Under the pieces are notes generated by a model. It was not told where the DNA came from. It saw only the letters and a list, made by a program, of their open reading frames with translations, and did not search any database. From the NCBI GenBank assembly GCA_030695785.1, contig JAUYPR010000055.1, positions 1 through 45,654 on the forward strand: DNA of 45,654 nucleotides, in the 5' to 3' direction. A program made the position numbers and the translations under genes. The stretch is from a bacterium. GTDB taxonomy: Bacteria; Patescibacteriota; Microgenomatia; JAUYPR01. This document shows, piece after piece, positions 1-8,912 of the stretch (position 1 is its first letter; each line of letters starts with the position of its first letter).

Positions 1-2887
1 TGAGGAAATAGAATGGATTGTCTGGGATCACAATGGTTGGCTGAGGCACGGACAGAAAGGACACCCCAGTTGGCACGTACGGTTTTGGTTCCGGTGCACA
101 TTTCCCAAGCTCCCATCGGAAGATTGTCCCATCCTCCGTACACGTTGGGCGCGCATCATCGGGGAGGGGTGAACCAGGCTCCGGGTTTGGTACACAGTCT
201 TTTTGGCCAAACGAGTAATACGTCCCTTTGGTACACCGATATTGGTCAGGGTCATACACTGGATTATCGGTGTCACTCCAGACACAACCCCTTGGCGGCT
301 GATACGTTGATCCAGAAGGACACGCTTTCGCCCGTTTTTCACGCTCCTTGTCGCTAGATGGCGTTGGTTCAGGTGGAGGCACGGGGAACGGATCACCGAC
401 TGATGGAATTTGACATGCCGCTGATGACCACACCCAAGTAATGCCAGCTGGGCATGCCGGACGAAAATCTTCACTGGGTGCGTTTGCAGTTACAGCGACG
501 CATGCTTTGGCTCCAAACGACCAATAGAGCCCAGGTTTCTCGCACCGATACTGCTCAAAATCGTCAACGCGACGGCCGTTATCCTCCCACACACAGCCGA
601 CTTCGGATTGAAACAACGCACCAATCGGACACTCGTTCAAGACCACATCTGCCGGAGAAATAACTGGTGGAGCCGGAGTCGCACCCGGTGTTGCTTCTGG
701 CCCAAACTGACCGCCGTTTAAGGGCCGCGCAGATGCGGTTGCGGCAATCGCCTCATACACACGCACCAAATCTTCTCGACCAGCGAGATCTTCCGGACGG
801 ATAATACTTGTGTCGACCGTCTGAGTTAATGTTTGCAGTTGCGTTTCATACCCTGCTTTGGTTGCACGCAAGGTTGCGGTTTGCGCAAATTTCGTCTGCA
901 CTTCACGGAGCCGGTTCAATTCTTCGACCTTGCGTACCTCAACGAGTTGGTTGTAATCCTGTGGCGCGAAGACTGCCTGACTTTCATCCATCTTCTTTGC
1001 ATCCCCAGGAGGGAAAGTGCCTAGCTCGACCAGTTCACGAATCTTTTCCCGCACCTCTTCGCGCGTCCCCGCTTGCGTGATCGCATCCACTTCCTCGGCT
1101 AACACCAACCCCTGCGCTTTCAAATCCTGCAAACGGTCAGTCAGCGCCGGAGGCAACGGGGCTCGCTCCAACGCATCCGCGCAAACATCCATCGCATCTT
1201 CGGTCGCCTGCACCGCTTCAGCAAAGATTTGCGTGTTTTCGGTCGGCACAGGGAGGAGTCCTTTTTCAAAGACAATATTATGGCGCGACGCTTCAACCTC
1301 AAAATCCCTCGCCAATTCTTTCTTATCTGCATGCTCATCGCCCAAACTTTTCATCGTATCGGCAGCATTGTGCATCATGTCGCTGTATCGCTCGAGCGTT
1401 TGCTGATACACCGCGGCCCGTGCTTCATCGCCGACCAATGCAGTTGCTTCGCGCAACCGTTCTTCAGCGTGTTGCATGTGCAGCTCCGCACGGCGCGCCG
1501 GATCAAATGCCGTTGCTGTCTGCACTTGTTCCCCCACCTGTTTGAAGAAATAGAACGGATCACCAGGGAGGACACCTTTGTATTCCGTGATATACGGTGT
1601 TACAGACGGCGGGGCAGGAGTGGGTGTTGGTTCAGGCGAAGGCACAGGGGATGGAGACGGCGCTTCGTCCAAAGGACGATCAGCCGCTGGCTGAGGAGTC
1701 GGCGCGGGCGTTCCAGCCAAAGGCTGGTCAGCCGCTGGCTGAGGTGAAGGTGATGGCTTCGGCGTTGGAAGGGGCGCTGTCGGGTTCTCGGCTGCTGCCT
1801 CTGGGAGAAACTCCACGACTTCACTCTGTTGTTCAGGCGTAAATGGTGTAAGATCAACAGTCTTTGCTAGTTCATCTGCGCGGAGACTATATATATATGG
1901 CCGAATTTCGGGTGGCGGAGGGAGGTCTTTGTTTTCCCGGTTCTGCCATTCTTCAATAGACTTCCGCGCCTCATCGGTTGGTGGAGGGAGCGTTTGATAC
2001 GTCCGCAGTTCAGCAAACTGCAACACATTCATCGTCTGATCGTGGAAGTCTGGGTAGCGGGTCGCCACTGCCGTATCGAGATTCGCAACCTCTGCAACTG
2101 GGAACCTTCCAGATGTTGCCAGTCGTTCGAGCTCATCTCGTACATCGGCGCGGCTTCCGAATCCATATATTTTTTCGCTCTCCTCCGTCGTCAGCAGTCC
2201 TTGATCTTTCAGCGCCTGGATACTCACCGACAGGTCATCCGGAACAGCCGGCTGTCCAGTTGCATCCGCGACCGCGTCGAGCGCTTTCTCCGTTCCACTC
2301 ACAATATCTGTCCATGTCTCTGCAACGGCAGGCGGGGAAGCCAAAACAATGCTTTCCGCCACAACCGCGTGGGCGACGGCGGCATTTTCAACAACAGTGG
2401 AAAGTGTCGCAGCAGCGTCGGGGTTCGTGGTCGCGAGTGTTTGAAGATTCTCTGAAACTGTTCTCATGGTCTGCCGGTAGGCGACCGCGGCTTCGGCGGC
2501 ATACTGATGTTGACCCTGGTCAGTGAGAGTCTTCGCTTCCGACAACCGTTCTTCCGCGATAGACAAGCGCAGTTCTTCTTTTGCAACCGGGTCAAAGGTG
2601 AACGTCAGCTGCGTGTTTTCAATGAAATGCTCAAATGGAGAAAGCGGGTTCCCTGGAAAAATACCTGTTGCTGGTGGAATAGAAACCTCGGCAGGTAGCG
2701 TTGGTGTGGGAAGGTGCTCTAATGATGAAAACGATAAACCCAATACCTGCTGACTTTGATAGTATGGTCCCCAGTCATAATACGATCCGTTCGTGACAAG
2801 AGCCCCAACAGGGGTTGCGGCAACCAGCAAAGAAATGCTGGCGAGAATGGCACCAAAACGATAATGGGCTGGGCAAAACCCGGGCAT
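1..2887 (-). CDS. Large secreted protein whose C-terminus lies beyond the window edge (at least 962 aa). It has an N-terminal signal/anchor, repeated DUF5667-like helical modules, Pro-rich linkers and Cys-rich C-terminal modules.
   Basis: Hand translation of the minus strand from the ATG at 2887-2885 stays open to position 1. It is missing from the ORF track because there is no stop in the window. N-terminus: MPGFCPAHYRFGAILASISLLVAATPVGA. Module starts: PGNPLSPFEHF, PGDPFYFFKQVGE, PDNPFYFL. Linker: PQPAADQPLAGTPAPTPQPAADRPL. The short + and - strand ORFs listed between 13 and 2753 are shadows of this frame. Confidence 0.75.
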   Translation of the reverse strand, partial: MPGFCPAHYRFGAILASISLLVAATPVGALVTNGSYYDWGPYYQSQQVLGLSFSSLEHLPTPTLPAEVSIPPATGIFPGNPLSPFEHFIENTQLTFTFDPVAKEELRLSIAEERLSEAKTLTDQGQHQYAAEAAVAYRQTMRTVSENLQTLATTNPDAAATLSTVVENAAVAHAVVAESIVLASPPAVAETWTDIVSGTEKALDAVADATGQPAVPDDLSVSIQALKDQGLLTTEESEKIYGFGSRADVRDELERLATSGRFPVAEVANLDTAVATRYPDFHDQTMNVLQFAELRTYQTLPPPTDEARKSIEEWQNRENKDLPPPPEIRPYIYSLRADELAKTVDLTPFTPEQQSEVVEFLPEAAAENPTAPLPTPKPSPSPQPAADQPLAGTPAPTPQPAADRPLDEAPSPSPVPSPEPTPTPAPPSVTPYITEYKGVLPGDPFYFFKQVGEQVQTATAFDPARRAELHMQHAEERLREATALVGDEARAAVYQQTLERYSDMMHNAADTMKSLGDEHADKKELARDFEVEASRHNIVFEKGLLPVPTENTQIFAEAVQATEDAMDVCADALERAPLPPALTDRLQDLKAQGLVLAEEVDAITQAGTREEVREKIRELVELGTFPPGDAKKMDESQAVFAPQDYNQLVEVRKVEELNRLREVQTKFAQTATLRATKAGYETQLQTLTQTVDTSIIRPEDLAGREDLVRVYEAIAATASARPLNGGQFGPEATPGATPAPPVISPADVVLNECPIGALFQSEVGCVWEDNGRRVDDFEQYRCEKPGLYWSFGAKACVAVTANAPSEDFRPACPAGITWVWSSAACQIPSVGDPFPVPPPEPTPSSDKEREKRAKACPSGSTYQPPRGCVWSDTDNPVYDPDQYRCTKGTYYSFGQKDCVPNPEPGSPLPDDARPTCTEDGTIFRWELGKCAPEPKPYVPTGVSFLSVPQPTIVIPDNPFYFL

Positions 2888-2893
2888 TTACTT

Positions 2894-2944
2894 AGTAAAG
2901 ACTATTTTATGGCCGTTGTCAAGTATCAACCTGGCGGGTACAAT
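2894..2944. promoter_or_regulatory. Back-to-back divergent sigma70-type promoters with overlapping -35 boxes; both appear to give leaderless mRNAs
   Basis: Plus strand: TTGTCA (2916-2921), 17-nt spacer, TACAAT (2939-2944), 6 nt, ATG at 2951. Minus strand: TTGACA (2922-2917), 17-nt spacer, TTTACT (2899-2894), 6 nt, ATG at 2887. Confidence 0.5.
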
Positions 2945-2950
2945 GTCGGT

Positions 2951-4393
2951 ATGCGCATGTTCACATTTCTCATATTTCTTCTCGTGTTTTTATTTGTTGC
3001 GCCTGCTGCGTTCGCACACACAACAACCGTAACCGTCCGCATGACGCCGGACGGATTTTCCCCTGATGAAATTTCAGTTGACCAAGGCAGTACCTTGGTC
3101 TTTGTGAATACAGACACAACCGATCGCTGGCCAGCAAGTAACCCACACCCAGTGCACACGAATTACCTACAGTTTGACCCGAAACGCGCGGTCGCCCCAG
3201 GCGACTCGTGGTCGTTCACCACAGAAAGGGCAGGCGTCTTTCGCTTCCATGATCACCTATCTCCTCACAAACAGGGATTGTTAACTGTTGTTACTGAAGA
3301 AGGCACCGCGCCACCGCAAAAGCCATCCTTTATATATAATGTTATGTCCTTCGGCCATAATAGTATAGGGGCGTTCTTTGATTCAGTCAGAAAAAATATC
3401 GCGGCATTCTTTGCAACGTTTCAAAAACAATCTCCCCTTTCTCCAACCCCTCCTCCGACGATCGATACGACTGCATTCAGAAATCTTTCGGAAAGCGAAC
3501 AACAAGCATATATCCGCTCGCTCATAGACACGGTCGGAGGAAAAAAAGCGTGGATGTATCTAGTTGCGGCATTTACGGAAAAAGGCGCGGTGGTTCCGGC
3601 AGGCGGACGGGCGCATGATTTGGCGCATTTCATCGGTGAACAAGTCTATACAAAACAAGGCATGACCGGAATTTCGGTGTGCGAACCAAGCTTTGCCTAT
3701 GGGTGTTTCCATGGATTCACCGAAGGAGCGTTTGCAACCAGTTTGGAGAAACTGCCCGACGTTGCTGCCGCGTGTACGACCGTGGGGAAGGTAAACTCCG
3801 GCCCGTGGGCAAGCTGTATCCATGGAATCGGACACGGGATTGCAACGTTCGTGCGCGCGACTGATTTGCAAAAAGCGCTCGACGCGTGCACGAAACTGAC
3901 AGATGGAGCGTCATACTGTTACGACGGGGTATTTATGGAGTTTTCACTCAACGCGCCGCAAACATTCTATACTGCTCAAGACCCGTTGTATCCATGCAAT
4001 ACGCTTGAAGAAACGGTTCGGTCAGCCTGCGGCAGAAACCAGCCGGCCGTGATGCGGAACCGATTCAACCTGCCCTTTTTGAGTATGGTCGAGGCGTGTG
4101 CAAATAGTACAGACAACGACATTCGCTCCTCGTGCTTGGACGCAATAGGACTTCTTGTTGGACAAGAAGCTGCGGGGAATCTTTCCACCATCACATCCCG
4201 GTGCGGGCAGATTCCATCATTGGACATCCGCGCGATCTGTGTCACCGGAGCTTCGGTTGAAACGGTCTTCCAAAATTATTCAGGCTGGCGACAAGCCGCC
4301 CCTGCCGCCTGTGCCACGCTGCCCGATCCGTATACAAAGGATTGCACCACCCGCATACAGCAAACCATAAAGGATTACGGAGGAATAAAATGA
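2951..4393 (+). CDS. Secreted two-domain protein: N-terminal cupredoxin-like domain plus C-terminal Cys/His-rich domain (paralog of 12621-13772)
   Basis: Signal peptide MRMFTFLIFLLVFLFVAPAAFA. Cupredoxin-like stretch TVRMTPDGFSPDEISVDQGSTLVFVNTD...FHDHLSPHKQGLLTVV. C-terminal motifs: CEPSFAYGCFHGF, CIHGIGHG, YCYDGVFME, DPLYPCN. The track start at 2756 (TTG) would overlap the divergent gene, so I chose the ATG at 2951, which sits 6 nt after a -10 box. Confidence 0.8.
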   Translation: MRMFTFLIFLLVFLFVAPAAFAHTTTVTVRMTPDGFSPDEISVDQGSTLVFVNTDTTDRWPASNPHPVHTNYLQFDPKRAVAPGDSWSFTTERAGVFRFHDHLSPHKQGLLTVVTEEGTAPPQKPSFIYNVMSFGHNSIGAFFDSVRKNIAAFFATFQKQSPLSPTPPPTIDTTAFRNLSESEQQAYIRSLIDTVGGKKAWMYLVAAFTEKGAVVPAGGRAHDLAHFIGEQVYTKQGMTGISVCEPSFAYGCFHGFTEGAFATSLEKLPDVAAACTTVGKVNSGPWASCIHGIGHGIATFVRATDLQKALDACTKLTDGASYCYDGVFMEFSLNAPQTFYTAQDPLYPCNTLEETVRSACGRNQPAVMRNRFNLPFLSMVEACANSTDNDIRSSCLDAIGLLVGQEAAGNLSTITSRCGQIPSLDIRAICVTGASVETVFQNYSGWRQAAPAACATLPDPYTKDCTTRIQQTIKDYGGIK

Positions 4394-4830
4394 AAGGAAA
4401 CAATAAGTTGTTGATTTTTGTCTTGGTGATCCTTTTAGTAATCGCTAGTTGGCAATTAATCAGAAGTTTTTCAAACTCGAGAAACAAACTTGATATGAAC
4501 ACCACAACAAGTCTCCCGAAAGAATTAGGTACTCGAAAAACTACACTATCACCTATAAGCGAAACTACAACTTCATCTGCACGTTTTATTACTCAGGAAG
4601 AAGCAGTTGAAAAAGTATCTCAACTCCCTGAAGTGAAAGAAAAAACTGCTGAATGGTTTCGACTAGGAGCAACGAAAGTAGGATTTATGGCTTTTGAGGA
4701 TATGGACGAAAACGGTGAATGGACATCATGGCGAGTCCAGTTTTATGAAGACAAACCGACGCATATCACGACAATTGACTGGTACAGGGTAGATGCAGTA
4801 ACTGGTGAGGTAAAAAAGGAATCAACTTAA
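4390..4830 (+). CDS. Small membrane-anchored exported protein, possibly PepSY-like
   Basis: GGAGG lies 8 nt upstream of the ATG at 4390, which overlaps the upstream TGA (ATGA). N-terminal TM segment LLIFVLVILLVIASWQLI. The C-terminus WYRVDAVTGEV resembles a PepSY-type ending. First gene of a visibly A+T-rich stretch. Confidence 0.55.
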   Translation: MKGNNKLLIFVLVILLVIASWQLIRSFSNSRNKLDMNTTTSLPKELGTRKTTLSPISETTTSSARFITQEEAVEKVSQLPEVKEKTAEWFRLGATKVGFMAFEDMDENGEWTSWRVQFYEDKPTHITTIDWYRVDAVTGEVKKEST

Positions 4831-4849
4831 ATTATAGTACTTCCCCAAT

Positions 4850-5428
4850 TCACTGTTTGTATCTCTGCCGAAATAAATCAACCGACTCAAAACCATCCCC
4901 CATCTCCCTGAAAAATACATCTGTTTGCCCGTCAAAACGAACCTGAGATACATATTTCCTGGGAATATTAATGCGCATCTCTGTCTTAGCTGCCCCGCCA
5001 TCAAGAACAACCACAACCTCTTCTTGACTCCATTCTTTTACAGTAAATTCATTTTTGTATGTAACTAACCCTATAAAACCACTAGGAAACTTTTTTGAAT
5101 CTTCTGTTAAAAACCTCGCTCCAACTTCCTCACATAACATTTTTGTTCTATCGCATCGTATCTCAATGGTATGCATTGGGTTTTTATATGCATAATTAAA
5201 ATCAGTATTCTTGTCCAACCAGCTTCCTTCTATATAAATAGAATCAGCACCGCTTTGAAATGACATTGGTGGGAGAAAAATGGAGTTTAGCTTAATCAGA
5301 GTAAATTCTCGGAACAATAAGGTCGCGAGTAAGGCGTTGACAAGCAAACTTGCCAATAAAACTTTCTTTATGGTGAGCCTGCTAACAATATTTTTTGCAA
5401 CATTTTTGAACATCCGACCCTCAATCAT
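4850..5428 (-). CDS. Hypothetical membrane-anchored protein
   Basis: 192-aa ORF with one N-terminal hydrophobic helix (VLLASLLVNALLATLLF). It overlaps the stop of the upstream gene by 8 nt. No recognisable family. An alternative start lies at 5413. Confidence 0.5.
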   Translation of the reverse strand: MIEGRMFKNVAKNIVSRLTIKKVLLASLLVNALLATLLFREFTLIKLNSIFLPPMSFQSGADSIYIEGSWLDKNTDFNYAYKNPMHTIEIRCDRTKMLCEEVGARFLTEDSKKFPSGFIGLVTYKNEFTVKEWSQEEVVVVLDGGAAKTEMRINIPRKYVSQVRFDGQTDVFFREMGDGFESVDLFRQRYKQ

Positions 5429-5933
5429 TTTTCGATCCTTCCATAATCACTGAATGGACAAAAATAAAACATATTCCGATTGCCACTATCGTTAAAACGG
5501 TGATTATCGTTAAGGAAAACAAAATAGTTTCAACTTGATTGAAAACTACAATTTTGTTTGCTAAGAGCAACAGTATCAATGCTAAAACCGAAAGGACAAA
5601 GTAGAGGAGAAAAAATAAATTTTGAATCATACGGTTCCCCAATCTAAGTACTCTTTCTTTCTTATACTGACCAAACACTTTTTCTAAAAAATACTCAGCG
5701 GTTGCCTTTATACTAACAACGTCTTCGTTGTGAGACTTTATGGTTTTTTCCACTGTAGAACCATCACTTGTTGTTGTTTTTTCAAGAGAAGAATCTCTCT
5801 CGTGGATTATTCTAGACTCTCCCAGCGCTTCATGGATCATTTTCCCTATGGCTATATACTCATTAGAAACAGAAATAGATTCTTCTGTTGTGTGTAAGTC
5901 TTTATCTTCTTTTGCAAGTCCAATCTTAATCAT
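5421..5933 (-). CDS. Hypothetical protein with a C-terminal pair of TM helices
   Basis: 170-aa ORF with a soluble N-terminal half followed by LFFLLYFVLSVLALILLLLA and ILFSLTIITVLTIVAIGICFIFV. No recognisable family. Confidence 0.5.
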   Translation of the reverse strand: MIKIGLAKEDKDLHTTEESISVSNEYIAIGKMIHEALGESRIIHERDSSLEKTTTSDGSTVEKTIKSHNEDVVSIKATAEYFLEKVFGQYKKERVLRLGNRMIQNLFFLLYFVLSVLALILLLLANKIVVFNQVETILFSLTIITVLTIVAIGICFIFVHSVIMEGSKND

Positions 5934-6188
5934 ATTTTTTGACGTATGTTTTCATTAAACATTTACCCATCCCTATTCTATCAGAAAACTATTGCCGAAT
6001 CTCAAGAAGAAAGTAGTCGCATTACGAGGAGAATACGCCCTTATGGATATACTCCCCCATGAGTGATTAACAGAGAATGTTGAGCGCGTGTTACCGATGC
6101 ATCTTAAGCCTACTCAGTTTTTAAGTCATTAATCACAAAAGCTCCAAAGAAATAACATCTAGTAGAAATATGGTATGATTTTGTTGAT

Positions 6189-6374
6189 ATGTCTAATTTT
6201 CCTCATGTCCCACGACCTCATATTTCGAAAGATGACACCTTGCCAATGCGCCCAAGGAAAATAGATCTCGCGAAAATCATTGCCACGAGTACGAGGTTAA
6301 TAAAACAGAATAAGAAGTTAGAGGAAAAGTTTCGATCTACAATTGAGAGGCCTATCTACAATACCGGCGCATGA
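6189..6374 (+). CDS. Putative antitoxin partner of the downstream PIN-like protein
   Basis: 61-aa ORF whose stop overlaps the ATG of the next gene (ATGA at 6371). The call rests only on size and arrangement. TGGTATGAT (-10) lies 9 nt upstream of the ATG. Confidence 0.4.
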   Translation: MSNFPHVPRPHISKDDTLPMRPRKIDLAKIIATSTRLIKQNKKLEEKFRSTIERPIYNTGA

Positions 6375-6931
6375 ATTTTTTCTATGCACTCACTCCCCCA
6401 GATTGTTTACATGGACAACACGTATATCTCGATGGAGACTTTCTTGGGATGCTATTTAGCGATGGCCAAATATTTCAAAAGTGCATCTCTATTCTTTCAA
6501 AGAGCCCTCTGCTCATCGATCCGCTCGTCGAAATTGAATTTCTTCGAGACATTTTCCTCCCTGAGCAGTTCAAAATAAAAAATGCCTTTATCTCACAACC
6601 AATCTTTCTCCCTTTAGCGCGCAGTCAAGAAATCTTTCTTAAAATTCTTGAAAACGTTCTTGTCCTGTCAAAAATTTACGCCCACCAAAATAAAAGTAAG
6701 GGTGTAAGCTTCGTTGATCTGTTTTTGGCGGCGACACTCATGAAACAACCACAATCTTTATTGATCACTGGGAATAAGAAACATTTTCCTTCTACCCTTT
6801 TTGATACGTTAGGCGTTATTAACATTCAGCAAGGTGACGATTTGTTTAAGGCTTTCTTTATTGTAAAATTTAACGAAACTGCCTTTCAACAGGCTTCTTT
6901 AAAGTTAAAGCGCGTGAGCAATCCGATATAA
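6371..6931 (+). CDS. PIN-like domain protein (putative VapC-type toxin)
   Basis: The acidic residues follow PIN order: VYLDGDF, VEIEFLR, FVDLFLAATL, and the C-terminal LLITGNKKHFP (PIN T-x-N-x-x-F type ending). Confidence 0.55.
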   Translation: MNFFYALTPPDCLHGQHVYLDGDFLGMLFSDGQIFQKCISILSKSPLLIDPLVEIEFLRDIFLPEQFKIKNAFISQPIFLPLARSQEIFLKILENVLVLSKIYAHQNKSKGVSFVDLFLAATLMKQPQSLLITGNKKHFPSTLFDTLGVINIQQGDDLFKAFFIVKFNETAFQQASLKLKRVSNPI

Positions 6932-6939
6932 TCTCCTTC

Positions 6940-6986
6940 TTGACAAACGTGGATGTTTGCGGTAACATATTCGAAATATCGAATAT
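6940..6986 (+). promoter_or_regulatory. Promoter plus palindromic operator of the ArsR-family gene
   Basis: TTGACA (6940-6945), 17-nt spacer, TAACAT (6963-6968). A perfect 8-bp inverted repeat, ATATTCGA-AATA-TCGAATAT (6967-6986), runs from the -10 box into the ATG at 6985. Confidence 0.5.
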
Positions 6987-7479
6987 GTATGAAAAAGTGT
7001 TCCGACTCCACGCACAGCTTCTCCAGGCGCTTGCCCACCCAAAGCGATTGGAAATTCTCCAGCTCCTCCGCAATAAGGAGTTATCGGTGAGTGATATCCA
7101 AACCATGCTCTCGCTCCCCCAGGCGAATTTAAGCCAACACCTCCAGATTCTCCGTGCAGCGGGCGTTGTGGAAACGCGTAAAAACGGGAAGCAAATCTAC
7201 TATCATCTCTCTCACCTAAATTTCGCAGAGGCCAGTGACCGCATCCGGGAAATCCTTATTGAGCGACACAAAGATAGCCCGCTGGCAGACGAATTCACCA
7301 CATCCATGACCGATCTCGTCCCACTCGCGCTTGACCCGGTGTGCGGCATGCGGCTCTCACCGAAAACCGCCTCATTCGCCGCCAAATACAATGGCCGGGC
7401 GTCCTATTTTTGTGCATCGCGCTGTCACGACCGTTTCCTCAAACATCCGGAAAAATACAGTCAAAAGGACAACCAATGA
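6985..7479 (+). CDS. ArsR/SmtB-family metalloregulator fused to a C-terminal YHS/TRASH metal-binding domain
   Basis: wHTH region LLQALAHPKRLEILQLLRNKELSVSDIQTMLSLPQANLSQHLQILRAAGVVETRKNGKQIYYHL. C-terminal DPVCGMRLSPKTASFAAKYNGRASYFCASRCHDRFLKHPEKY matches the YHS pattern. The track start at 6940 is the TTG of the -35 box. Confidence 0.85.
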   Translation: MYEKVFRLHAQLLQALAHPKRLEILQLLRNKELSVSDIQTMLSLPQANLSQHLQILRAAGVVETRKNGKQIYYHLSHLNFAEASDRIREILIERHKDSPLADEFTTSMTDLVPLALDPVCGMRLSPKTASFAAKYNGRASYFCASRCHDRFLKHPEKYSQKDNQ

Positions 7480-7970
7480 AAGGAGTACACGTCCTGATCG
7501 CTATTGTGGGCGGGTCGGTTCTTCTTCTCGTTCTTGGAATCTTTCTGACGATGGACCGATCCAAACCGCAAGTTTTGTCTGCAAACGCTGAAGCAAAAGT
7601 GGTCACGCCAACGACAAACTATGACTGGGGGGAGATTCGTATGGACAATGGCAAGGTTGAAGCACGCTTCCCCATCAAAAATGAGGGCACGCAACCGCTT
7701 GTGCTTTCCGAAGCTCAAACCTCGTGCATGTGCACGACCGCGACATTGAGTTTTCAAGGGAAAACCTCTCCACCATTTGGCATGCACGCCAAGTCTGCCT
7801 ACACCCTTCAAGTTCCTCCTGGACAGGAGGCGGAACTCTCCGTTATCTTTGACCCTGCGTTCCACGGCCCGAACGGAGTCGGACAGATCGACCGGCAAGT
7901 CACCATGGCTACGAACGATCCCCTAAAACCCGAGCTCACATTTTTTCTCAAAGCGCTCGTCACGAGGTAA
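7476..7970 (+). CDS. DUF1573-domain membrane-anchored protein
   Basis: The ATG at 7476 overlaps the arsR-like stop (ATGA). TM segment VLIAIVGGSVLLLVLGIFL. DWGEIRMDNGKVEARFPIKNEGTQPLVLSEAQTSCMCTTA matches the DUF1573 pattern. Confidence 0.75.
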   Translation: MKGVHVLIAIVGGSVLLLVLGIFLTMDRSKPQVLSANAEAKVVTPTTNYDWGEIRMDNGKVEARFPIKNEGTQPLVLSEAQTSCMCTTATLSFQGKTSPPFGMHAKSAYTLQVPPGQEAELSVIFDPAFHGPNGVGQIDRQVTMATNDPLKPELTFFLKALVTR

Positions 7971-7973
7971 TAT

Positions 7974-8912
7974 ATGCGGCGGCAACAATTATTCTTCGTA
8001 TTGATTCCGCTCTTTCTTCTCGGAGGAGCGCTGACCCTATTCGCATTGTTTGATGTCAGAATCCAGCCGCGAAAGCAATCTGTCTTCGCATTTCTTCGGC
8101 CTCAGCCAGCAGCTGACCAGCCTTTGGCTGAAACACCGCAAAACCCGACCTCGCAAGTTCTGAGTGCATCAGTTGCTCCACAGGAAGGCTTCACTGTTCC
8201 GCTCCGCTTTGGAACGGTTGGGAAACAACTCGTCAAGACCGGAGCGATCGATTTGGAGAAGTTCCGTTCCATCTATAAAGGTCAGACCGGGGAAAAATTG
8301 CTCACGTACCTCACGGAAGAAAAAAACGACGATATCACCATTAATGCTGAAACAGCATACTTTTGGGTGAACACGCTCTGGGCGCTTGGGCTGACACAAC
8401 GGTCTGATGTTCTCGATAAAGGAGTTATGGGAACGACCTATAAAGAAACCCGGGGCAACTTTGCTTCCACCGCTGGATGGACATTGGGCAAGAAAGACGC
8501 GCTCGCGCTGTATAGTTCAACGGCAATTATCCCGCTGACTCCAGAGGAAAACAGCCGCGTGGCAACACTTGCCGAAACTATCTTTCGCCCCTGTTGCGGA
8601 AACTCAACTGCGTTTCCAGACTGCAATCACGGTATGGCCATGCTGGGACTTTTGGAACTCATGGTGAGTCAAGAATTCACAGACGAGGATATCTACAAAG
8701 CCGCCCTTGCGTTCAACACGTTCTGGTTCCCTCAAACTTATGTGGACCTTGCGTATTACTTTGAGACACGCGAGAAAACAACATGGCCGAACGTAGATCC
8801 AAAACGCGTGCTTTCAGCACAATTCAGCTCGAGTACTGGATATCAAACCATCAAACAACAAATCGGGACCATTCCCGGCTCTGTCCAGCAAGGAGGAAGC
8901 TGTGGCACATAG
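7974..8912 (+). CDS. Membrane-anchored exported protein with a CCG...DCNHG cysteine cluster; function unknown
   Basis: N-terminal TM segment FFVLIPLFLLGGALTLFALF, Pro-rich linker RPQPAADQPLAETPQNP, and cluster FRPCCGNSTAFPDCNHGMAMLG. It lies inside the metal operon. Confidence 0.65.
   Translation: MRRQQLFFVLIPLFLLGGALTLFALFDVRIQPRKQSVFAFLRPQPAADQPLAETPQNPTSQVLSASVAPQEGFTVPLRFGTVGKQLVKTGAIDLEKFRSIYKGQTGEKLLTYLTEEKNDDITINAETAYFWVNTLWALGLTQRSDVLDKGVMGTTYKETRGNFASTAGWTLGKKDALALYSSTAIIPLTPEENSRVATLAETIFRPCCGNSTAFPDCNHGMAMLGLLELMVSQEFTDEDIYKAALAFNTFWFPQTYVDLAYYFETREKTTWPNVDPKRVLSAQFSSSTGYQTIKQQIGTIPGSVQQGGSCGT

Noticed and set aside
13-2753. About 20 short overlapping ORFs on both strands in the ORF track (for example 1229-1747 +, 1978-2526 +, 28-474 -)
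   Set aside because: A single uninterrupted minus-strand frame from 2887 to the window edge covers all of them. It has a signal peptide, repeated modules and a proper promoter. The listed ORFs have Arg/Ser/Cys-rich shadow-frame composition.
2756-2950. Longer N-terminus (TTG start at 2756) for the cupredoxin-fusion protein
   Set aside because: It would overlap the divergent gene's coding start and both promoters. The signal peptide begins at the ATG at 2951, which sits 6 nt after a -10 box.
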